A stretch of DNA of 64,000 nucleotides from the sequence record PZ583739.1. One strand, written 5' to 3'. Origin of the DNA: a phage. The notes beneath the pieces were generated by a model, which was not told the origin of the DNA, ran no database searches, and worked only from the letters and a program-made list of their open reading frames with translations. This document shows positions 31,356 through 40,876 of the stretch, piece by piece. The translations under genes and the position numbers were made by a program. The first letter of the stretch is position 1. Every line of letters starts with the position of its first letter.

Positions 31356-31718
31356 CTATTTGAAAGCTTTTTGTAGAAGTTCAATGATTTGGTCGACGTT
31401 ATTAGCATCTACAACACAATTAATAGAAACCGCCCCCGAAGGTGTTTTCGTATAATTGGAGTATTCACGGAAGCAATAAAACTCTTCTTCACTAAGTTCA
31501 AAATAATCATCACCCATGCCATCATCATTATAGATTGCACCATTAGCACAAATGATTTCGGTTACATAATCATAGCCGTCTGCACTTGATATTGATTTAA
31601 CTTCAAACCAACCGCCATTTTCTTGGATGATGTCGACCATACTAGCATTCGATGAACTAATATCAATGAAAGATTTAATACGATGTGGATTGAACTCATA
31701 TTTTTTGCCGATTTCCAT
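31356..31718 (-). CDS. hypothetical protein (paralog of 30633..31007)
   Basis: 120 aa; SD GAGGAAA; paralogous to 30633..31007. Confidence 0.5.
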   Translation of the reverse strand: MEIGKKYEFNPHRIKSFIDISSSNASMVDIIQENGGWFEVKSISSADGYDYVTEIICANGAIYNDDGMGDDYFELSEEEFYCFREYSNYTKTPSGAVSINCVVDANNVDQIIELLQKAFK

Positions 31719-31756
31719 TTTTATTTCCTCAGTTGTTATCAGTAGTTGATGGAATC

Positions 31757-31785
31757 ATTATGCCTTAGCTCAAAGGACTTGTACA
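31757..31785 (-). promoter_or_regulatory. early promoter (TGTACA / CATAAT)
   Basis: Minus strand aaaaagtagTGTACA, 17 nt, CATAATgattcc, then leader caactactgataacaactgaggaaataaaATG. Confidence 0.5.
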
Positions 31786-31800
31786 CTACTTTTTGAAAAT

Positions 31801-31824
31801 AAAAAAGGGACCCGAAGGTCCCCT
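31801..31824 (-). terminator. rho-independent terminator after gene 32
   Basis: gggacc-ttcg-ggtccc hairpin followed by a T-run on the minus strand. Confidence 0.65.
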
Positions 31825-31828
31825 TATA

Positions 31829-32740
31829 TTAAAGGCCAGCCAGAAGGTCGTCAAGACCATCATCAGAAGGCTCTGGAGTGCTTGGAGCGGTCGCAGTGCG
31901 TTCAGACTTAGCAGGTTTGCTGGAAGTGAAGTCTTCCATATCTTTATCAAAATCGTCCAGGTCAGCGCCCAGTTTATCGGCTTGCGCAGCAGCTTTAGAA
32001 GCAGCACCACCGAGAGCAGCTGTACCCATTACTTTAGAGAATTTCTTCTGATTCTCTTCAAGGGATTTAAATGTCAGCAATTCATTCAGGTCAGACATTT
32101 CGTCCCAAAGTTTTTTCTGGAATGCTTCATCATTGATACCAGCGATTTCAGACTGGTTCATGAATTTGGAATCATCGTAATTTTTATAACCGGAAACCAT
32201 TTTAGATTTCAGTACGAAGTTCGCACCTTCAAACGGACAAGTTACATCAATAGCTGTTTCGCCCATGTCAACATCAACTTCAACCATCTGGTTGATTTTG
32301 TCCATGATTTTCTTGCCGAAGCGATATTTGAATACTTGACCTTCGTTAGACGGAACTGCAGGGTCTTTAATGACCAGGATGTTAGCCCAGTAAGAAGTAT
32401 TACGCTTCAGTTTACGATATTCGGATTCGTTTGTATTGTACAGGTCATTCTTATTCATGTACGCACACACAGGGCAGTTTTCATAATCACCGTGAGTAGA
32501 AGTACAGTTTTCAATATACCATTGACCAGCATTTTTAAAGCCGTGGTTAACGAGCTTGATGAATGGAGATGGATTTTCTTCATTCTTAGAAGGTAGGAAA
32601 CGAATAACCGCAGAGCCGACGCCATCAGTATCTTTCAGTTTCCATTCTTTTTTATCGTCAGAAGAGAAACCAGCACCACCTTTCAGAGCGTTAAGGGAAG
32701 CAGCCAGGTCAGCAGGGTTTTTACGTTTAAACATAGACAT
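31829..32740 (-). CDS. 32: single-stranded DNA-binding protein gp32
   Basis: MFKRK...[13 protein letters not shown]...VIRFLPSK...CPVC zinc motif...acidic C-terminus; matches T4 gp32; true start may be the second ATG at 32732-32734. Confidence 0.9.
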   Translation of the reverse strand: MSMFKRKNPADLAASLNALKGGAGFSSDDKKEWKLKDTDGVGSAVIRFLPSKNEENPSPFIKLVNHGFKNAGQWYIENCTSTHGDYENCPVCAYMNKNDLYNTNESEYRKLKRNTSYWANILVIKDPAVPSNEGQVFKYRFGKKIMDKINQMVEVDVDMGETAIDVTCPFEGANFVLKSKMVSGYKNYDDSKFMNQSEIAGINDEAFQKKLWDEMSDLNELLTFKSLEENQKKFSKVMGTAALGGAASKAAAQADKLGADLDDFDKDMEDFTSSKPAKSERTATAPSTPEPSDDGLDDLLAGL

Positions 32741-32800
32741 ATGATTTTCCTTAGATTATTTGATTTTTAGCAGTTGTTTTGATTACGTATTAATTATACT

Positions 32801-33469
32801 TCAAAGTGATTGAAGCGTTATTTGACAGTTTTTAACGGTCTCGATGAACAATTTACGAGCTTCAAGAGAATCTATATTTAAGATTTTCTTATAGGCATTT
32901 AGTTTGGTTGAATACTTTTCCCAAACCAAGTCGTTAGTCTGTTCATCATGTTTATTTATAATACCTAAAAATGAATCAAGCAAACAAAACGTTTCAAATG
33001 AGATAACATTCGATTGGAGAAGTTTGAAAATATAACTTGTATTCACTTTAGTATTATACTCGAAAATCTCTTGGAGCGATTTGACTTCGACTTTCTTACT
33101 GAAGTAATAGATGTTCTTTATATCATCTTCGTATACTTGTCTAATTCTTTTAAGTCGGCCAATGTATTCTCTATAAAATATCAGAGCATCGGCATCACTT
33201 ATATCGCCTATCCATGCATCCTGGTTTGCAACCAGGTTTGACATGAATATTAACGTTAATTCTTTAAGAGTGTACTTATCGCTAAGCTTTTCGAAAAAAT
33301 ACTTATCGCGACGTTTTTGATAAGCACTATCGGAGATTCGCATGGTCCAGTTATATTTGATAATATCATAACGACCCGAAAAATGCTGTTTGATGGATAA
33401 GTACAGTTGGTATACTGATTTACCATTTATATATCGGTTGTTATTTGGAGGCATGCGAATCGTAATCAT
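32801..33469 (-). CDS. 59: helicase loader gp59
   Basis: 222 aa; YQKRRDKYFF, LVANQDAWIGDISDADAL, EIFEYN blocks match T4 gp59. Confidence 0.85.
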   Translation of the reverse strand: MITIRMPPNNNRYINGKSVYQLYLSIKQHFSGRYDIIKYNWTMRISDSAYQKRRDKYFFEKLSDKYTLKELTLIFMSNLVANQDAWIGDISDADALIFYREYIGRLKRIRQVYEDDIKNIYYFSKKVEVKSLQEIFEYNTKVNTSYIFKLLQSNVISFETFCLLDSFLGIINKHDEQTNDLVWEKYSTKLNAYKKILNIDSLEARKLFIETVKNCQITLQSL

Positions 33470-33759
33470 AACAAAAAGTCCAGCGTATTAGTTTTCTGTG
33501 TACGAGACATACTAGGACGAAGCAAGTTATCATCATATGCTTCATTCATAATCTTATCGACGATTCCCGCAGGGATATATCGCGCAAAATTACCTTCAGG
33601 AATTCCACGTTCTTCCAACCAGGCAGTCGCAGCTTCCAGATAAGACATTTCAGTTGACTCGACCATGGCTTCAATATCAAGCCCGTTTTGCTGCTTACTA
33701 ATCGCCCCGGAAGGCGATTCAGTTTTCTGTGTATCAAAATTAACTAAAGAGGACATCAT
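33466..33759 (-). CDS. 33: late transcription co-activator gp33
   Basis: Track ORF starts at TTG; ATG at 33757-33759 with SD GGAG gives about 97 aa ending ...DNLLRPSMSRTQKTNTLDFLL; start uncertain. Confidence 0.55.
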   Translation of the reverse strand: MMSSLVNFDTQKTESPSGAISKQQNGLDIEAMVESTEMSYLEAATAWLEERGIPEGNFARYIPAGIVDKIMNEAYDDNLLRPSMSRTQKTNTLDFLL

Positions 33760-34009
33760 AGAGCTCCACAGCTTCGGTTTTTTCATCTTCAAAACGCTCA
33801 CGAGTGCCTTTATGATACAGGCCGAGCTGTGTATTGAACATCTTACCGTCAACGCCTAATTCGGTTTTTGCCTTGTCTTTAAGGTCTTTAATTTCGTCTG
33901 CATATGCTTCCATTTTTAATTTGGTATCGGAAGCAGCTTTAATCAGCTTGGCCAGTTCAGCACCATGAGTATCAGGACAAAATTCAACTTTCACTTTTTT
34001 CTCTTTCAT
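33740..34009 (-). CDS. dsbA: dsDNA-binding late transcription protein DsbA
   Basis: 89 aa, same size and position as T4 DsbA. Confidence 0.6.
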   Translation of the reverse strand: MKEKKVKVEFCPDTHGAELAKLIKAASDTKLKMEAYADEIKDLKDKAKTELGVDGKMFNTQLGLYHKGTRERFEDEKTEAVELYDVLFS

Positions 34010-34017
34010 AATATACC

Positions 34018-34962
34018 TTAATAAAATTCAGCAATGTTTGCAGTTAGTTTAGACAAACCAGACTTAACAAAGTAAGGATAAACTTTACTTTTGGCTGGGA
34101 TAACGTAATTATTATATCGTTCTAAGATTGAAGCGGATATTTCCGTTGGGATAAAGTCCATATCAATCAACAATTGGTTTTCACAGAATCTATTATATTG
34201 CTCTTCTGTTAAAAGCGTTTTCAGCACGTCATGGTCGTAATAGTTGAGAGCAATTTGTTCAAGCTCGGCTGCACGGGTTGGTGGAGTACGTTCACCTTCT
34301 TCATGAGTATAATAAAAATCACCACGAACCTTGATGCTTGACACGTTATCTTTTTTGTCACCTTTAACAACCTTTGTCACGCAATCCATAAGGGCATCGC
34401 CTGATTTAGTTTTGACATATTTTTTCTGCATCGGGGACCATTGTTTCACCCCAGGGAATTTATGCAACTGTGTAAAGTCACCATCCGAAGAAACAATCAT
34501 AACCGGATGTCCTAGACTAGTGAGCAACTTCGTTAATACTGCAATATGGTCATCAGCCTCGACTTTATCCATATTCATCACGATGTAAGGCATGTATTTT
34601 TCCATTTCATCGATGATGATGTGCATGGCAGCATGTAGACCTTCCCAATCGAATTGAGACTCTTCACGAGCCTTTGCACGGTTTTTCTTATAATAATAAG
34701 ATTTAGTCCGGCGCCAATAGCCATTCTTCGAGTTATCAACACAAATAATTGGAATTGTATAACCAAGCTTTTTGAACTGTACGATATTTTTTCGGATAGA
34801 GTTCAGAACCAAGTGTCTGGTCATTGCAGTTGTTACTTTCGGAAAGCCTGCGTCTTTGCCGAATTCCTGAAAGGCTGCAGCCATGATGAGCTGACTAAAA
34901 TCGAGTAACTGAAAACCTTCTTTTTGACGGTCTTCTTCAGGGAGTAAAAAATCTAAATTCAT
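34018..34962 (-). CDS. rnh: RNase H (FEN-1 family 5'-3' exonuclease)
   Basis: 314 aa; blocks CVDNSKNGYWRR, YYKKNRAKAREES, VEADDHIAVL, SSDGDFTQL match T4 RNase H. Confidence 0.9.
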   Translation of the reverse strand: MNLDFLLPEEDRQKEGFQLLDFSQLIMAAAFQEFGKDAGFPKVTTAMTRHLVLNSIRKNIVQFKKLGYTIPIICVDNSKNGYWRRTKSYYYKKNRAKAREESQFDWEGLHAAMHIIIDEMEKYMPYIVMNMDKVEADDHIAVLTKLLTSLGHPVMIVSSDGDFTQLHKFPGVKQWSPMQKKYVKTKSGDALMDCVTKVVKGDKKDNVSSIKVRGDFYYTHEEGERTPPTRAAELEQIALNYYDHDVLKTLLTEEQYNRFCENQLLIDMDFIPTEISASILERYNNYVIPAKSKVYPYFVKSGLSKLTANIAEFY

Positions 34963-35019
34963 ATGAACCTCTGTTCAATTAGTTGACTCGATTATATTAG
35001 CATAAAATTTTTAAAGCAA

Positions 35020-35027
35020 TATAAATA
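35020..35027 (+). promoter_or_regulatory. T4-type late promoter (TATAAATA) for gene 34
   Basis: tataaata 31 nt upstream of the gene 34 ATG. Confidence 0.6.
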
Positions 35028-35057
35028 CACATATACCAATCAATAAGGATAAAGCAC

Positions 35058-38000
35058 ATGGCCGATATTTTAAAACCAGCATTCAGAGCAACATCCGGTC
35101 TCGATGCTGCTGGTGAGAAAGTCATTAATGTCGCAAAAGCTGATTACTCAGTTTTATCAGACGGCGTTAACGTAGGTTTCTTTATAGAAGAAAACACAAT
35201 TCAACAATATGATGCGACGCGCGGATACAAAAAGAACTTTGCGGTTATTAATGATAACCGTATTTGGGTTGCTCAACGTGATATTCCGGCACCAGCTGGA
35301 GCATTTACCCCTCAGTATTGGTTAGCAACTCGTACTGACCCTAAATGGGAAACTGTTGCATCTCCAACTCGTCAGCTTAGCTCCGGGGAATTTATCGCAG
35401 TCGACTCAGCTGCAAGCTTTACCACATTTACATTGCCTCCGAACCCGACTGATGGTGATACCATCGTTATTAAAGATATCGGCGGTAATACCGGTTATAA
35501 TGAAATTAAAGTTCAATCGAGCAATGTGCCTGGTCAAGGTAACCAAAAGATTGTTCGCTTTGGTAATCAGTATCCGGAAATTTTAATTACCAAACCATTC
35601 TCTTATAACATGCTTATCTTTTCAAACCGCTTATGGCAATTTTGGGAAGCTGGCAACGAAGAACGTGGCATCAGAATAGAACCATCGACAGGTCGTTTCC
35701 ATGCACAAGCTGGCGACTTTATTATGCGTCGTTATACAACTGGTGCACCGATTACTTTCATTCTTCCTAAGTATGCAAACCAGGGTGATATTGTCAAATC
35801 TGTTGATATCGATGGCATGGGACCAACGTTCCACCTGATGGTTGAAACCTTTGACACCAGTTCCAGTCTTGGGAAAGCTGGCCAGCATCAAATGGAATTC
35901 CGTACCACAGGTGATGGTTTCTTCGTTTATGATGCTGCCGAAAAACTCTGGCATGTTTGGGACGGTGATTTTAAAACTCGTCTTCGCGTTATTCGCGACA
36001 GCGTTAAACTTTTACCAAACGAAAGTGTCATTGTATTTGGCGAAGATAACTCAACTCCGGCAACGATTAATATCGATTTGCCAACTAATGTTTTGCAAGG
36101 CGATATTGTTAAGATTGCGCTGAACTATCTCCGTAAATCGCAGACTGTTAATATAAGAGCTGCTGTTGGCGATAAGATTGCAACTGACATTAAATTGCTG
36201 CAATTCCCTAAACGTTCCGAGTATCCACCAGATACAACTTGGGTGATGGTTGATTCATTGACCTTTAATGGCAACATCAGTTATACTCCGGTTATTGAAT
36301 TATCATATGCAGAAGATGCAGTGTCTGGAACAAGTTATTGGGTTGTCGCTCAGAACGTCCCGACTGTCGAACGAGTTGACTCATTAAATGATTCCACGCG
36401 TACACGTCTTGGTGTTATTGCTCTGGCAAACCAGACTCAGGCAAACGTTGACCATGAAAATAACCCAGAAAAAGAACTCGCAATTACCCCTCAGACTTTA
36501 GCCAACCGTGTTGCTAAAGAGAACCAACGAGGCATTGCCAGAATCGCAACGACTGCTCAAGTAAATCAGAACAGTGATTTTGCATTTGTTGATGATGTAA
36601 TTATTTCTCCGAAAAAACTCAATGAACGTACGGCAACAGAAACGAGACGCGGGCTCGCAGAACTCGCCACACAGCAAGAAACCGATGCGGGTGTAGATGA
36701 TACCACAATTATAACTCCAAAGAAACTGCAAGCTCGCCAGGGCTCAGAATCGCTATCCGGTATTGTAACTTACGTTTCAACGACTGGTGCAACTCCTGCT
36801 GCTTCGCGTGAATTAAATGGTACAAACGTTTATAATAAAAATACGGTTAATCTGGTTGTTTCTCCGAAAGCTCTTGACCAGTACAAAGCTACTTACACCC
36901 AACAAGGTGCGGTTATTCTTGCGGTTGAAAGTGAAGTAATTGCTGGTACTTCTCAATCTGGATGGGCAAACGCAGTCGTTACTCCAGAAATGTTGCATCG
37001 CAAAACTGCTCTTGATTCCCGTATCGGTTTAATCGAGATTGCAACTCAAGTAGAAACAGATGCAGGAACCGATTATACCAGAGCTGTGACTCCTAAAACG
37101 TTAAATGACCGTAAAGCATCAGAAACGTTAACCGGCATAGCCGAGATTGCTACGCAATCAGAATTTGATACTGGAACTGATGATACTCGTATCTCAACTC
37201 CATTAAAAATTAAAAATAGATTTAATAATACTGCTCGTACTTCTGTTAATGCATTAAGTGGTTTAGTAGAAACAGGGACGCTCTGGGACCATTATAGCCT
37301 GAATATTCTTGAAGCAAATGAGACTCAGCGTGGTACGGCAAGATTAGCAACTCAGGGTGAAGTCAATACCGGCACTGACGATAAAACAATCGTTACCCCG
37401 CTTAAATTGATGTCGAAAAAAGCCACTGAAAATGCCGAAGGTATTGTTCGCATCGCGACAAACGCAGAAGCAACAGCAGGTACATCAAAAGTCTTGGCCA
37501 TCAGTCCGTCAGCGCTGAAATATATTGCACAAACGGAAACAACCTGGGAAGCATCTGAAACCCTACGTGGATTTGTTCGTTTATCTTCTGGTACAGCTAC
37601 TTCGGCCGCAACTACAACGACTGGTGCAGGATTTACATATGCAAATGGCGTGTATACTCCGGACCCAAGTAAACTGGTTAGCTACGCAAAATCTGGATAT
37701 GCAGTTTCACCTTACGAATTAAACCGCGTATTGCAAAACTTCCTACCGATAAATGCGATGGCTGTTAATGCTGAAAAACTGGATAACCTTGATTCGACCC
37801 AGTTTATTCGTCGTGATATTGCTCAGACTGTTGAAGGTGTGTTAACTCTTACCAAACAGACAAATATATCTGCTCCGGTTGTATCGACGAGCACTGCAGT
37901 GTTTACTGATGTAACGGCTGGCACTTCGACGTTCGGAACTGTGAACGTTGTTAACGGAACTAACAAGTGGAAAATCACCGCTCCTTCCACCGGAACGACA

Positions 38001-39014
38001 ATGACTATTGGCGATACGACTAACGTATTGACATTAAACACCGCCTCGGGTAATGCTGCTGTACTGAACAACCTTAGCGCCGGAAATGATGTTCAAGCCA
38101 AAAATAATTACGTTCTAAATGGTCGTACTATCGCAACCACAACGGGTGAAGCTTCTGGTGCAACTCTGGCTCTGGGTGATAACTCGCAGAATTTAGTGCT
38201 TAAAACTCTTGATGCTGGTAATATCATAGCAAATGGTGGCGGTGCATTTAAAGTCCTGACCGAGAAAAACGCTGTTGAGATTGTAGATAGAAACTTTGTT
38301 AACCAAGGCGGTGATACAATGTCTGGTGTGCTCCATGTGAATGCTCCGGTCCGTGTATTCGGTACGAAACCAAGTCTTATCGCACAAGCTCCGACTGCAG
38401 ATACTGTTGGCTTCTGGTCTGTCGATATCAATGATGAACCGACTTATAGTCAGTTCCCTGGTTATTGGACAATGAAGTTAAAACGTCAGGTAAACATTGA
38501 TACAGTTCAAACTAAACCTGCTGGGGTAACTGATGAAGTTTGGAATGCTTCTGGTTGGTTAACTGAAAATGGAACTTTCGCCTCGCCTGTTATTCGTTAT
38601 CGTAATGACGATGGTACACTCGGTGATGAAGTATTAGGTAGCTCTGGCCAAAAACTGCGCGGAACCTGGTTTGACTATTCGGTTCGTGATAAGGAAGTTA
38701 AATACCCTGGTACGTTAACTCAGTTTGGTAATACATTGGATTCATGTTATCAGGATTGGGTGTGTTATCCAACTGGATTGAACGGTGGTACTATTCGTTA
38801 TACTCGTACATGGCAGAAAAATAAATCTGCATGGACGACTTTTGCAATGGTTTACACCGCGGATAACCCTCCGTCTGCAGAGGATGTTGGTGCATTACCG
38901 GCCGACAACACAACAATGGGGAACTTAACCATTCTCGATTGGTTGCGTATCGGTAACGTGCGCATCATCCCAGACCCGACCACTAAATCCGTTAAGTTTG
39001 AATGGGTTGAATAA
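35058..39014 (+). CDS. 34: long tail fibre proximal subunit gp34
   Basis: 1318 aa (T4 gp34 is 1289 aa); repetitive fibre sequence; first gene of the 34-35-36-37-38 operon. Confidence 0.85.
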   Translation: MADILKPAFRATSGLDAAGEKVINVAKADYSVLSDGVNVGFFIEENTIQQYDATRGYKKNFAVINDNRIWVAQRDIPAPAGAFTPQYWLATRTDPKWETVASPTRQLSSGEFIAVDSAASFTTFTLPPNPTDGDTIVIKDIGGNTGYNEIKVQSSNVPGQGNQKIVRFGNQYPEILITKPFSYNMLIFSNRLWQFWEAGNEERGIRIEPSTGRFHAQAGDFIMRRYTTGAPITFILPKYANQGDIVKSVDIDGMGPTFHLMVETFDTSSSLGKAGQHQMEFRTTGDGFFVYDAAEKLWHVWDGDFKTRLRVIRDSVKLLPNESVIVFGEDNSTPATINIDLPTNVLQGDIVKIALNYLRKSQTVNIRAAVGDKIATDIKLLQFPKRSEYPPDTTWVMVDSLTFNGNISYTPVIELSYAEDAVSGTSYWVVAQNVPTVERVDSLNDSTRTRLGVIALANQTQANVDHENNPEKELAITPQTLANRVAKENQRGIARIATTAQVNQNSDFAFVDDVIISPKKLNERTATETRRGLAELATQQETDAGVDDTTIITPKKLQARQGSESLSGIVTYVSTTGATPAASRELNGTNVYNKNTVNLVVSPKALDQYKATYTQQGAVILAVESEVIAGTSQSGWANAVVTPEMLHRKTALDSRIGLIEIATQVETDAGTDYTRAVTPKTLNDRKASETLTGIAEIATQSEFDTGTDDTRISTPLKIKNRFNNTARTSVNALSGLVETGTLWDHYSLNILEANETQRGTARLATQGEVNTGTDDKTIVTPLKLMSKKATENAEGIVRIATNAEATAGTSKVLAISPSALKYIAQTETTWEASETLRGFVRLSSGTATSAATTTTGAGFTYANGVYTPDPSKLVSYAKSGYAVSPYELNRVLQNFLPINAMAVNAEKLDNLDSTQFIRRDIAQTVEGVLTLTKQTNISAPVVSTSTAVFTDVTAGTSTFGTVNVVNGTNKWKITAPSTGTTMTIGDTTNVLTLNTASGNAAVLNNLSAGNDVQAKNNYVLNGRTIATTTGEASGATLALGDNSQNLVLKTLDAGNIIANGGGAFKVLTEKNAVEIVDRNFVNQGGDTMSGVLHVNAPVRVFGTKPSLIAQAPTADTVGFWSVDINDEPTYSQFPGYWTMKLKRQVNIDTVQTKPAGVTDEVWNASGWLTENGTFASPVIRYRNDDGTLGDEVLGSSGQKLRGTWFDYSVRDKEVKYPGTLTQFGNTLDSCYQDWVCYPTGLNGGTIRYTRTWQKNKSAWTTFAMVYTADNPPSAEDVGALPADNTTMGNLTILDWLRIGNVRIIPDPTTKSVKFEWVE

Positions 39015-39022
39015 GAGGTAAT

Positions 39023-40153
39023 ATGGAAAAATTTATGGCAGAGTTTGGACAAGGATACGTCCAAACGCCAGTTATATCAGAAAATAATGCCGTTAAATTT
39101 AAAATGAGTATAGCAGGGAGCTGTACTCTTTCCACGGTGAAATCGTATATCAAATTTCAGGATGAACAAATCGGACCAACTACTTTTGGCAATGGTTTGA
39201 CTCTATTAGAAATTGATACAACTACGAATAAAATTGTTAACACGAAAAACTATTCATTGACCAGCACACATGATGTAATCAGTCAGGCATTAATCACCTT
39301 TGTGGAATCTGTTCCAGCTGGAAGATTGATTGCTTTTATTTCTTCTGGGAAACTAAATGCCTCGCAAACATTAATTGACTGGCTTCGTAAATGTGGCTCA
39401 AGAGCATTCCCCGAGAAATGGCTGATTGATAAAGTTGATACATCGTACTCGGCTTTTTACATAACCGGCCGGAACGTAATTGTTTCGGAGCATGTTAAGT
39501 ATAATGACGGGAAGTTAGTTGAGGATGTTTCGACTCCGCTTGAAGTCGTTTATGATACCTTTAGTGATATAGGAGCAACAGGCTATCCTGTGCGCATAAC
39601 GGAAGACGAGAGCACGTATTCATCAACAGGTGATGGAACATCAACCTCAATTAGAAGGTTCCCCACAGAGGACCTGGTGACTCCTATGAGCACATATAAC
39701 CTTTTACCTTTGGATGTGCTTTACCTGAAGTTTCAGATGTCATTTGACGCTGAACTGAAAGCCGCCGGGACTGTAAGGACTTCGGTTCGATTCTTTAAAA
39801 GTCCTAGCACTTCTCCGATATCAAATACAAACATCGATATTGCAGCAAACGTTCCAGCTGGTGCATGGGTAAGTTTCGAAAGATATGTTGAGATTCCAGC
39901 GGGAGCCGATGGCTTTACAGTAGTAACATCAAGGACTGTAGCTGTGGGAACTGGGTCAATACGTAATATTGTTATTGGTGAGATAACCAGAGGTGACTCG
40001 GCATTCAAACCAGCTGAATTTGGTGTCAACGGCATAAGGATGTCATATGCAAACGATGCAACAAATACAGGCAATACAATTGTAACATTACCAGATGCAC
40101 AAGCTCCGAGAGCCGGCAAGATATACGCAGCCGAACTACGAGAAAAACAATAG
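39023..40153 (+). CDS. 35: long tail fibre hinge connector gp35
   Basis: 376 aa (T4 gp35 is 372 aa); syntenic. Confidence 0.75.
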   Translation: MEKFMAEFGQGYVQTPVISENNAVKFKMSIAGSCTLSTVKSYIKFQDEQIGPTTFGNGLTLLEIDTTTNKIVNTKNYSLTSTHDVISQALITFVESVPAGRLIAFISSGKLNASQTLIDWLRKCGSRAFPEKWLIDKVDTSYSAFYITGRNVIVSEHVKYNDGKLVEDVSTPLEVVYDTFSDIGATGYPVRITEDESTYSSTGDGTSTSIRRFPTEDLVTPMSTYNLLPLDVLYLKFQMSFDAELKAAGTVRTSVRFFKSPSTSPISNTNIDIAANVPAGAWVSFERYVEIPAGADGFTVVTSRTVAVGTGSIRNIVIGEITRGDSAFKPAEFGVNGIRMSYANDATNTGNTIVTLPDAQAPRAGKIYAAELREKQ

Positions 40154-40174
40154 GACTCTTCGGAGTCCTTTTTT
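40153..40174 (+). terminator. rho-independent terminator (partial) after gene 35
   Basis: ggactc-ttcg-gagtcc hairpin followed by TTTTTT. Confidence 0.6.
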
Positions 40175-40177
40175 CGT

Positions 40178-40185
40178 TATAAATA
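40178..40185 (+). promoter_or_regulatory. T4-type late promoter (TATAAATA) for gene 36
   Basis: tataaata 36 nt upstream of the gene 36 ATG. Confidence 0.6.
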
Positions 40186-40220
40186 CAAAATATCATATGC
40201 CGGTTGAAGAGGACTTATAA

Positions 40221-40868
40221 ATGGCAGATTTAAAACTAGGCTCAACAGCCGGAGGTTCGGTCCTCTGGCACCAGGGTAATTTCCCATTAACACCAGTCAG
40301 TAATGACTTATATTTCAAAACTTATAAAATTTATTCCGAATATAACAAGCCACAAGCAGTCGATAACGATTTCGTTTCTAAAGCTCTTGGTGGTAATTAT
40401 AAAGCAAACGTATATTTTGAACAAGGCCTGACATTTAATGATTCAAATGGTTACGGGATTAAGTTGGGGGCGAGAACGGGCGGTGCACCATTTACAGCAT
40501 CTTTCCGTATTAAAGGGCCGTTTGGATTTGAGACTGAAACGGGAACACCATTCGTTATTTTTGACCCTGACACTACGACAGGAGCAAAACGTCTTACTGT
40601 TATGGGTGATACGTTAGCTCGACAGATTTATGATGAAACAGGACGTGTATTTTCTCCAGGGAATACTCCGTCAAAAGCTCAAGTTGGTCTTAGTAATGTA
40701 ACTAACCAGCAACAGGTGGAACTAAATAATAGTACATTGCAAACAATGACAGGTAACTTGTCAGCACCTAATTTCTTCTCTAGGAACCCAGCATCAGACC
40801 CGGCTCACGTGCCCCGTTTTGACCAAATCGTTCTTAAAGACTCCGTACAAGATTTTGGATATTATTAA
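40221..40868 (+). CDS. 36: long tail fibre distal connector gp36
   Basis: 215 aa (T4 gp36 is 221 aa); syntenic. Confidence 0.75.
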   Translation: MADLKLGSTAGGSVLWHQGNFPLTPVSNDLYFKTYKIYSEYNKPQAVDNDFVSKALGGNYKANVYFEQGLTFNDSNGYGIKLGARTGGAPFTASFRIKGPFGFETETGTPFVIFDPDTTTGAKRLTVMGDTLARQIYDETGRVFSPGNTPSKAQVGLSNVTNQQQVELNNSTLQTMTGNLSAPNFFSRNPASDPAHVPRFDQIVLKDSVQDFGYY

Positions 40869-40876
40869 GAGGCATT

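Noticed and set aside
31793-32596. 267-aa plus-strand ORF
   Set aside because: Entirely antisense to gene 32 (strong homology on the minus strand); no SD; composition typical of a shadow ORF.
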